From the sequence record NZ_CP145666.1: a DNA stretch of 64,000 bases; one strand, written 5' to 3'. Positions 56,207 to 64,000 of this stretch are shown here, in pieces. Source of the stretch: a plasmid. Position 1 is the stretch's first letter. Every line of letters starts with the position of its first letter. Below the pieces are notes generated by a model. It made no database searches, had not been told where the DNA came from, and was given only the letters and a program-made list of their open reading frames with translations. Both the position numbers and the translations under genes were made by a program.

Positions 56207-56398
56207 TCACTTATTCTTGGTTTTTTTTAATACTGGTAGTCCTGCAAGCGCATCGTTCCAATGCTGCTCGCGTTCCTCATTACCTGAAATATTACTTATC
56301 CATCTTTCGGACTTGCCCCAGCGCTGTGCCAGCGCCTGCCGCGTCCAGCCTTTGCGTTTCATCTCTGCTTTAAATTCATCGCTGGTGGGTTTGTACAT
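56207..56398 (-). CDS. small putative DNA-binding protein, possibly Ner/Nlp-like (63 aa)
   Basis: KGWTRQALAQRWGKSERWISNI resembles an HTH of the Ner family; weak RBS. Confidence 0.35.
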   Translation of the reverse strand: MYKPTSDEFKAEMKRKGWTRQALAQRWGKSERWISNISGNEEREQHWNDALAGLPVLKKTKNK

Positions 56399-56541
56399 AG
56401 GTTAATCCACGTGAACTATAATTCACCTGATAGTACGGTAAGGCTGGTTAAGTAACAACGGGATATCGACGGTCATCTTCCGTTCCCGCACACGGGCCAG
56501 TGCTCCTGGCTATACTGAGTCAAAAATGCGGAGGACACATT

Positions 56542-57066
56542 ATGTTTGAACGTATAAGCAGGTTTTTCGCTGGCGCAACAAAACAGGAGAGGGCGGAACC
56601 GTCAGTCTCTATACCTGAACCTGTTACTCTTGAGGGTGATAACGCGCCATCAGCTATCGAACATGACAGAAAAATAGTCCATGACAGCAGGGTATTTATA
56701 CATAGGTCTTTAGGCTTTATACTTATGGTATATTCTCCCGAATTATTCAGAAAAGCCATTAATCATGACATATGTCTTGGCTATATATATGGTTATATCA
56801 TAGCGGCAATAGGTGACGACGAAGAGTTATGTAAAGCATCGGAAAATCGTCGATGGGATGTTGTCGCTGCCTATTATCGAAGTTTATTGGATTATTCAGC
56901 TGAAGCTTACTATGAGAAAACTGTAAACGCGATGGATAATTACCACTTCAAACAAGCAAGAAATGTAAGCGTAATGGATTATCACAAAAACAAAATCAAT
57001 CCTGATGGCGATAATCATCATTTGCGTTTTCTAATGACCGAAATAATTGAAGATAGGGTTGAATAA
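56542..57066 (+). CDS. hypothetical protein (174 aa)
   Basis: GGAGGA RBS. Confidence 0.5.
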   Translation: MFERISRFFAGATKQERAEPSVSIPEPVTLEGDNAPSAIEHDRKIVHDSRVFIHRSLGFILMVYSPELFRKAINHDICLGYIYGYIIAAIGDDEELCKASENRRWDVVAAYYRSLLDYSAEAYYEKTVNAMDNYHFKQARNVSVMDYHKNKINPDGDNHHLRFLMTEIIEDRVE

Positions 57067-57074
57067 ATACACGT

Positions 57075-57128
57075 TTCGTCACATGAACGACCTATGGTTT
57101 ACTGAATATAACGACAACGAACCATAGG
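57075..57128 (+). promoter_or_regulatory. promoter motif (TTCGTCACATG) plus 9-bp inverted repeat CCTATGGTT-N20-AACCATAGG
   Basis: The extended sequence is shared with the copy at 6706; precedes the gene at 57138. Confidence 0.45.
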
Positions 57129-57137
57129 CCAGAAAAA

Positions 57138-57683
57138 ATGACACTTCAAAAAGCCAACGAAAAACGTATTGAAAACTTCCTAGCCAAACAAATTCGTCAT
57201 AACGGTAAGATTTTATCAATGCGTGAATTTATGGATTCACTCATTGCTGACGGCTATAGCCCACGTGCAAAAGCGGAACAGAAAGTAGGACACCCCAGCA
57301 GCCGTCAAACCTTTCGCTGGAACAACGAGCAGCAAAGGGAGCACCAGATTAAGCGAGCTCTGGGGGGTACTGTTCTGAAATATTCAATGGTGTCATCTGA
57401 CGGCTCATTTTATGACATTGAAAAAATTGCCTATGATTACGTCATTGAAAAAATGGGCGGGGTTAACGTTAAGCCGGAAACGATGTGTTTTGCGATTTTC
57501 AACAGCCCTTCATCATTGCGGGGCGGGAAGAGAGAGCGCTGTGTAGCTGTCTATAGCCGCACTGTGGCAACAGAGGAACAACGGGTCAGGAGCATGTTAT
57601 CTACTGACTTCACGCATTATGATCTGGTCTGGTTCGGTGAAGCCACTTCCCAGAAGGAAGCGCTGGAACTAGCCGAGGGATAA
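57138..57683 (+). CDS. hypothetical protein (181 aa)
   Basis: ORF with a terminator-like hairpin downstream. Confidence 0.5.
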   Translation: MTLQKANEKRIENFLAKQIRHNGKILSMREFMDSLIADGYSPRAKAEQKVGHPSSRQTFRWNNEQQREHQIKRALGGTVLKYSMVSSDGSFYDIEKIAYDYVIEKMGGVNVKPETMCFAIFNSPSSLRGGKRERCVAVYSRTVATEEQRVRSMLSTDFTHYDLVWFGEATSQKEALELAEG

Positions 57684-57755
57684 TATCAATTAGCCACCAA
57701 GGAAATAACCGGGGTGGCTTTTTTGTTTTAAACGATTAAAAATAAGCCAAATCAC

Positions 57756-57766
57756 TTCGTCACAAG
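57756..57766 (+). promoter_or_regulatory. promoter-motif copy (TTCGTCACAAG)
   Basis: Upstream of the gene at 57820. Confidence 0.35.
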
Positions 57767-57819
57767 CATGTGGGTGGTAATATAGACATATAGGCAATCA
57801 CATTCAACTGGAGGCTAAT

Positions 57820-58122
57820 ATGTCAGATTTAATTGCAGCAAGATATGATGAAGTATCAGCTTCCGAGTTTGAAGATGATATGGTTGTCATTGTCATTACC
57901 GATGAACAGAGTGAAGATATTGAGGTTATTTCAGACCTTGATGATCTTTTCGTTAATACTGAGGTTGTGGTTATTGATGGTGACGCTTTAGAAGTCGACT
58001 ATGATAACGCTGGATATTTTTCATCAGAGAATAGCTATGAAGTTTCAGTAGACGATATGTTATTCGACAATACCGTTGGTGAGCAACTTATGGATTGTGG
58101 TTTTTTCGGCACTCAAAGCTAA
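57820..58122 (+). CDS. very acidic small protein (100 aa)
   Basis: GGAGG RBS; D/E-rich; a possible DNA mimic, which is speculative. Confidence 0.5.
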   Translation: MSDLIAARYDEVSASEFEDDMVVIVITDEQSEDIEVISDLDDLFVNTEVVVIDGDALEVDYDNAGYFSSENSYEVSVDDMLFDNTVGEQLMDCGFFGTQS

Positions 58123-58233
58123 TAGATACTCGTTATTTATTATCGCGTCCCAATCGTCATGCAGGTGTGGTTATTTATTTACTGAAAAGCCATGTTTTAA
58201 ATAACAGGCAACGATAATCTAACAGGAGCGGCT

Positions 58234-58659
58234 ATGAAACTCGAAAACATTAACAAAGAGCAGCAGCTCTATGTTCTTAAATGTGGCTCTATTCTATCAA
58301 GCTACGGATTTGATCTCCTGCATACAAAAGCAACCGCCGTAGCTGACTGGATGGACGTTGAAGCACCAGTAGCTGCACTGGGTACAGAAGAACATTTTGA
58401 ACAATGTGCAGAACTCATGCGGCGCGGGCAGGTATATGCTAACGCTTCCCGGAAATGCTGCCCCGGTAATCTTTCCCCCCAACTAATTGGGCTTGAAGGT
58501 TGTCGTGTTAGAGTCACTACCGATGACGGTGAGGAACGCTGTTTCTGGGTTGCAAAAACGACCGGATGGATGCCGGGTCACCTCGAAGTTCCACGCTCGA
58601 ATACGGCTTATGGCCACCCTGCACAAGCGCATTACAAGTCAGTTCAGACTATTCGATAA
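58234..58659 (+). CDS. hypothetical protein (141 aa)
   Basis: ACAGGAG RBS. Confidence 0.5.
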   Translation: MKLENINKEQQLYVLKCGSILSSYGFDLLHTKATAVADWMDVEAPVAALGTEEHFEQCAELMRRGQVYANASRKCCPGNLSPQLIGLEGCRVRVTTDDGEERCFWVAKTTGWMPGHLEVPRSNTAYGHPAQAHYKSVQTIR

Positions 58660-58812
58660 GTCACCGGTGCTCCGATTTCGACATGATGCATACCAACCAG
58701 ACTCACTACTGTTGTCATCGACAAGAATGACAACAGTAGTGAGTATCTATGGCTTATCCTCGGAAAACAGCCCATTATTCATGCCTCCCTCTTCCGGTAT
58801 GGCATAGCTCAC

Positions 58813-59532
58813 ATGGCTTCAGATAAAAATCAAACCGATAAACTCGCCCGCGATATTAAAGACAAGGTTCTCGCCAGGCCTGCTGGCTCATCAGGAGAAC
58901 CAGTGGAGTACCGGAGTGTCCATGAATTTATGACACTAACCCGCACGGGAACCCCTGCTGATGCCCGCCAGTTCCGGCTGGCTGTTAAAGCTAAGGGAAT
59001 AGCTATCTGGCCTGATGATGACCCACGCGTAGGGCAGCAATTTGCACGTGACGGCATTCGCTGGGAAGTTCGTCTGAAGACCTTCCGGCCTGAGAGTCAG
59101 GATTCATTTGACGATGACCTGGATGAGAAAGTCTCACCAAAACGCTTTGGATATCGCCGGTACGGTGCGATGTCCCGTCCTGATCAGAAGAAATTCAGCG
59201 ACAGGGTATACTTCAACTGCATGGAGCGGTGTGTCGTCACCGGTGTGAAGACAAAATGCAGGGGAGAAGCAGCACATCTGATTGAGCATCATAAAGCGGG
59301 CTCTGACCACTGGAGTAATGGCCTGTGGCTTCGGGCAGACATACATCGGTTATACGACAACGGCCTGTGTGTGATTAATCCCAGCACCCTGACAATCCAT
59401 TTCCACCCCACTATCCTGGCTAAGGATGACGATCTCATCGCGTATGAAGCTCGGCCAATATTACCGACAAGAAAACCTGTAAACCCTGCCTGGTTAAAAT
59501 CCCGGTGGGATGAACTTACCTGGCCGAAGTAA
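58813..59532 (+). CDS. HNH-nuclease-domain protein; paralogue of the 30960 gene
   Basis: VVTGVKTKCRGEAAHLIEHH...NGLWLRADIHRLYDNG. Confidence 0.55.
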   Translation: MASDKNQTDKLARDIKDKVLARPAGSSGEPVEYRSVHEFMTLTRTGTPADARQFRLAVKAKGIAIWPDDDPRVGQQFARDGIRWEVRLKTFRPESQDSFDDDLDEKVSPKRFGYRRYGAMSRPDQKKFSDRVYFNCMERCVVTGVKTKCRGEAAHLIEHHKAGSDHWSNGLWLRADIHRLYDNGLCVINPSTLTIHFHPTILAKDDDLIAYEARPILPTRKPVNPAWLKSRWDELTWPK

Positions 59533-59539
59533 GCATCGT

Positions 59540-61000
59540 GTCTGACAACGGTAGTGAGGCCTAATCATTACCGTTGTCGTAGCAAACGGGCTTCAATGCT
59601 TGGCTCATTATCGTTGTCACCAGTCTGGTCAGCTCATAACTATTGCCATCGGCACTGAGATGCCGTCCTGCGCATCGAACTCACATCCATTGTCACTCGA
59701 TTTTTGAATCTGCCGGGAGTGTAACCAGTGACAATGGTAATGATCACCTTCACATAATTAACGAACCGTTACTACTGGTAAGAGGGTGCATGGTCGACAA
59801 CGGTAATGACAATTAAGGAAAGTACCTTTCTGTAATGACAACGGTAGTGACTTAATGGTTAACCCTTGTCTGGTTACCGGCAATCAAGTACAGGAACTAT
59901 GACAATGGTAGTGAGTCATTACCATTGTTATGGCTCATCATACTATCCCTATATACAGCAAGTAGACGGCGTTGCTCACTACCATCGTCATTGGTTGCAT
60001 GGGTAGCAGAATGTTAGATGACAACAGTAGTGATTCTGGTGCTTCACCATCCGCCTGGTGACAACGGTAATGAGTGATCGAGATCACTATCGTTGTCGCA
60101 GCGTTCGGTATGGCTACAACCGGCAAGTTGTGCCTCGACAATGGTTGTGATCCCGCACTCACTTGATTCGTCATCGCCGGAACGACCCCACTGAAATGTA
60201 CTTGGAAACGATGACAATGGTAGAGACTTGAAAAAATCACATCCATTGTCATTGACCAATCAGGTTAGCTACGACAGCGGTTGGACTCATTTCCATTGTC
60301 ACCGACAGGCCATGTATTCATACAACGACAACGACAGGGAGTGACGCGGTCACTACCACGGTCATTCATCCCGCCCCTCAAGTACGAGCAGACAGTACGG
60401 CGAGTGAATCCTTACCATAGCTACCTGAAAGGCCTGATTAACCTGGAATGCATATGACAACGGTAATGACCAACAGAACTCATTTCCGTTGTCATTGTGC
60501 TGGTGGAGCAGTAAGAACTTGGTCTGAATCATGAATGACAACGGTAGTGAGTATTCTTAGTCAATACAGTGGTCATTCAAATGCGCCGGGAGCAAATGAC
60601 AGCGGTAGTGAGTCAAATCACTCATTACCGTTGTCATTGTGTCATGGGAATCAGCGATAAATCCGTACTGACGATGCCGACAATGGTAGTGAGCGGTATG
60701 AGGTCTTCTCCGAGAAGCTGCTCTGGAGAGTTGTCGATGATGACAACAGCAGTGAGCTGCCAAGACTCATTGCCGATGTCATGGTGTCATGGGTATCAGC
60801 GATTTGTCTGTACCGGCGATTCCGACAATGGTAGTGAGCGGTGTAAGACCTTCCCTGAGAAGCTGGTCTGGAGAGATGTCGATGATGACAACAGTAGTGA
60901 GCTATCTAGTCTCATTACCATTGTCATGAGTGGTCACCCCGCAATGACAACAGTAGTGACCGCGTCACTCAATACCGTTGTCATTAAGCTAAACAGGATT
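59540..61000. repeat. iteron array: ~35 copies of TGACAA(C/T)GGTAGTGA in both orientations, often as inverted pairs, including two ~150-bp tandem units (copy-control locus downstream of repA)
   Basis: Counted directly in the sequence; the same 14-bp core recurs upstream of repA. Confidence 0.8.
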
Positions 61001-61060
61001 CTCTGACGATGTGCAGGGAGGGAGGGTTCCAGGCCGTCATCTGACAGCCCGGAGGGAATG

Positions 61061-62179
61061 CTAGCTGGCGGGATTGTTCTTTTTCTGGCTTCTAAGGCTG
61101 CGAATGTAGTGAAGTTCTTCAGCTGTTAAGTCATGGATGGTTAACGTTTCATCCCCATCAATGGGCTCATCTGGTGGGCACAATTCACCTTCCAGTGGCT
61201 CACCATTATTTTTACCCGACGTGCCATTGTTCTCCTCATCAGCATCACCCTCGCCATCACCATCAGGTGGTGGTTGGATATTGTTCAGATTCAAATCAGG
61301 ATCGCGTTTGTGGATCTGGAAATAAACCTTCCCATCTTTTTTTACTTCGGTGTACTGAAGGTAACCAATGGATGCCAGCTCCTCCAATGCCTTACGTACT
61401 GTGGCGTTCTGGCTGTTGGCACGGGTCTTAAGATTTAATCGGTTCTTAAGTCTCGTTAAGGAGATCGGGATTGGATTTGGTGGAAGTGACTCAATGAACG
61501 TGTAAAGCGCCTGTGCGCTCTCTTTTTTCGCCAGTTCCTTGATAGCCTTCAGCTGCATCAAAACCTTGTGGTCGTACTGATACAACTCGAATATCTTAGG
61601 GTCTATCTGTAGCTCTACCTGATCAGAGTCCGGGTCAAGCAAGGCAGACTGCACCAGGTGCGTCGTATACACCTTTGACGAGTGGGTGCTGGTGAAGGAC
61701 AACATCACGGATGCCAGCCTGCGTAACGACGCGTCGATACGCTTACGGGATGCGGTAGAGGAACGATAATTTTCAGGGTTACAGAGCTTCAGAAACTCAG
61801 TAAATTTGAGGCTGATCTTATCGTTATCAATCGGATGGTTAGCTAGCGTTCGGATGATTCCCATCCACGTTTTGAAGTCAACAGACATATCGAGGCGCTG
61901 ACCCACGATCGAGATATTGGTGAAACCCTCGCTCTCCATCAAAGAAAGTGTCTGTAGTTCTTTCGTGGCATCAAAGCCAACAGTTTTGTATTCACGACTC
62001 TGACGGCCAACGCTTTTTGGTGATGGCACAAACAACCCAAGGCGCATGAGCGCGATAGACTGAACCGTCCTGCTGCTATTAGGACGTAAAATAATTTCTT
62101 TACCTGTCTCTCTCTCTGTTACAGAGAAAGCCCTGGTAACCATCTGGCCTTGCTGCTCAGAATCTTTCTCATTGGTCAT
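61061..62179 (-). CDS. repA: plasmid replication initiator (RepA-like, iteron-binding)
   Basis: 372-aa minus-strand ORF flanked on both sides by iterons and AT-rich or GATC-rich origin-like DNA; start uncertain (62179 or 62143). Confidence 0.65.
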   Translation of the reverse strand: MTNEKDSEQQGQMVTRAFSVTERETGKEIILRPNSSRTVQSIALMRLGLFVPSPKSVGRQSREYKTVGFDATKELQTLSLMESEGFTNISIVGQRLDMSVDFKTWMGIIRTLANHPIDNDKISLKFTEFLKLCNPENYRSSTASRKRIDASLRRLASVMLSFTSTHSSKVYTTHLVQSALLDPDSDQVELQIDPKIFELYQYDHKVLMQLKAIKELAKKESAQALYTFIESLPPNPIPISLTRLKNRLNLKTRANSQNATVRKALEELASIGYLQYTEVKKDGKVYFQIHKRDPDLNLNNIQPPPDGDGEGDADEENNGTSGKNNGEPLEGELCPPDEPIDGDETLTIHDLTAEELHYIRSLRSQKKNNPAS

Positions 62180-62400
62180 AGTGGTTTATCGACTGTATTA
62201 ATCAACAGATTATTGAATACTATCGCCCAAAGCCCTCAGTGTCACTTAAGGGATCTCTGCGACGATCTCAGATTGTGCATAAGTCCAGGCTAAAAAAACG
62301 CCACGACTAAATATAAAACTCTGAAATTCACATAAAAACAAATACATACGTAGTTTATCAACAAAGGATCAATTCCGGTGAAAAAGATCCTTTAAAAAAT

Positions 62401-62500
62401 CACTACCATTGTCGCCGCAATCACTACCGTTGTCAAAAAACTCACTACTACCGTTAAAAAACTCACTACCAATGTCAAAATAATCACTACCGTTGTCACC
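62401..62500. repeat. five phased iterons (CACTACCGTTGTCA-like, ~21-bp spacing), origin-proximal set 1
   Basis: ATCACTACCATTGTCG / ATCACTACCGTTGTCA / CTCACTACTACCGTTA / CTCACTACCAATGTCA / ATCACTACCGTTGTCA. Confidence 0.75.
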
Positions 62501-62817
62501 GATTGGCTTCCAGGCCTTGTGCCGTCTGGCTTCCGAGCTGCGGGGATCTCTTGTGATCTATGGGAACTCGTAAGGTACTAATTATTGGAACTACCTTGTG
62601 GAAAATGGGGATAAATTCTCTCTTCGAGTTAAATCAACATCGAATAGCTAAATTGTCGAAAATATGTACGGGCATGAAAGGAAAATGCGTATAGAAAACA
62701 GTGGATAAGATTTTAATAATTTTGTTTCATCATACAGGTGATAGATGGTATCTATATGAATTATAATAGAAATATACTCAAAACTCTTTAAGAGTTATAC
62801 CTTCAGATCACACAATA

Positions 62818-62925
62818 AAACTCACTACCATTGTCACAAATACTCACTACTAACGTCGAAATAGTCACTACCAATGTCATTTTAATCATTACCAATGTCA
62901 AAAAAGTCATTACCATTGTCATAAA
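62818..62925. repeat. five phased iterons, set 2 (a duplicate of set 1 plus the adjacent GGGATCTCT...TTGGAACT segment)
   Basis: The same iteron consensus is followed by a paralogous GATC-containing segment. Confidence 0.7.
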
Positions 62926-63042
62926 ATGCCCTTGAGCCCAGTAACCATGCGGCTTGCAGCGTACAGGGATCTCTTTTGTACTCCGTTGCACCTTTGGGAT
63001 CTCTTTATTGGAACTGTCCTGTGGAAAAGTATCTTTTTTGCC

Positions 63043-63090
63043 TTCGTCAGCTACTGACTCGGTGCTTTACTGATTGTGTAAACAAAACGA
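63043..63090 (+). promoter_or_regulatory. conserved promoter/leader motif, full copy
   Basis: TTCGTCAGC ... GTAAACAAAACGA; the ATG at 63105 lies 15 nt downstream. Confidence 0.5.
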
Positions 63091-63104
63091 TAAGAGGCAC
63101 TCAC

Positions 63105-63353
63105 ATGTACGCAACTGCAAAAGAAATTATCGCAAAGCTGCAAAAAATGAACCCTGACGAAAAGGTGCTAGTCCGTGTCTGGTACAAGTCTGATGTTCAG
63201 GAGTTAGCAATAGACCGAAACATGCCGCAGGTTTCAGCTAGCGAAGCTGAGTCGACCTTAGCGTTGATAGACCGAACTCACGATGGTGATATCGGTATCA
63301 ACTGGGATGTTGTTCAGAGTGGTATTGAGACAGTTCGTAGTGGCCAAATTTAA
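63105..63353 (+). CDS. hypothetical protein (82 aa)
   Basis: AAGAGG RBS; the track ORF start at 62976 is a non-ATG codon inside the origin repeats. Confidence 0.5.
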   Translation: MYATAKEIIAKLQKMNPDEKVLVRVWYKSDVQELAIDRNMPQVSASEAESTLALIDRTHDGDIGINWDVVQSGIETVRSGQI

Positions 63354-63924
63354 GCAACCGAGTAACAAGGACGTGACTCAACTAATCCACATATCCACCG
63401 GGTAGATCAACAGATCGATCCAGATTAAGACCAAATAGAACCAAAAAGATCCCCGCTCCCGCAAACCCGCAGCTGGTAAGCTCTGAAGACCTGCCCCGGT
63501 GGGGTTGAGAGGGAAAAAAGTGAGCTCTGAAGGGCTGTCGGTGGGGTTAGCCTGGTAGCTGGTGGTGTTCAAAGGGAATAACGGTGGGATTGGAAGGGGA
63601 AAGGAACTTAATTATCAACATCTGCTGTGCTAATGAAAACATCAAATAAAAACATAATCATACGTAACAAATCTCAAAAATAGGTGATCGGTATTCATTT
63701 TTTGTCCACACTGGCAGCAGATCAAAAATTTGATGTCAACGACATTTATCCGATTCATCTCTGAAATAACGTATTGATTTAGTACAAATAAAAACCAATA
63801 CCCGATAAATGGGGACTAAATGACCCCTATTTCTCATGATCAATAAAAATCACCGTGATACATTCGCCCGGACTGGGCATTCCAAGATACCCGGAAAATA
63901 ACAATAAAACTGGGGGATCCACAC

Positions 63925-64000
63925 GATGAACTCGAATGAAGTTCTTCTTTTCAAGGACGCTATTCCCGACTTCAATCAGCCGTCGACTGGAAAGCTGACG
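63925..64000 (+). CDS. 5' end of a gene truncated by the window end
   Basis: GGGGGA RBS followed by ATG; the frame is still open at the window end. Confidence 0.3.

Noticed and set aside
59938-61006. Track ORFs 59938-60252(-), 60044-60259(-), 60557-60763(-) and 60569-61006(+) inside the iteron field
   Set aside because: They are created by the repetitive TGACAACGGTAGTGA units. They have no RBS, and their strange compositions (Cys/His/Thr-rich) come from translating the repeats.
1-64000. Search for transposases, integrases, conjugation genes or phage structural genes
   Set aside because: No ORF shows DDE, tyrosine or serine recombinase, relaxase, T4SS, capsid, portal or tail signatures. Whether the element is a phage-plasmid or a plain plasmid cannot be decided from this window.

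Overview
This window reads as the maintenance, replication and accessory part of a large enterobacterial plasmid or phage-plasmid. I see no capsid, tail or conjugation genes, and no transposase or integrase. About 90 mostly small CDSs are packed on the + strand.

Confident features: a replication module with repA (-) flanked by large iteron arrays plus AT-rich and GATC-rich origin segments; a type Ia parA/parB pair preceded by about 6.4 copies of a 61-bp repeat; a DnaB-family replicative helicase; a DinG/Rad3-like Fe-S helicase; and two toxin-antitoxin pairs, ccdA/ccdB and RES-Xre.

Less certain calls: a Lar-family restriction-alleviation protein; NrdH-like glutaredoxin and HAD-like phosphatase; two paralogous HNH nucleases; a ParB-like nuclease-domain protein and an 811-aa PAPS-reductase-like protein (an IbrB/IbrA-like pair, split around dnaB); a SprT-like metalloprotease; an AAA+ ATPase just downstream of parAB; an LRR-like repeat protein; and a 1125-aa ORF with no recognisable motifs.

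The most striking sequence-level signal is a conserved intergenic promoter/leader motif, TTCGTCA(C/G)CTG, then about 22 nt, then TA(A)GTAAACAAAACGAA. It precedes roughly 20 transcription units, often just after a rho-independent terminator.

Functions of the many small ORFs cannot be assigned from sequence alone, and coordinates I derived by hand may be off by 1-2 nt.
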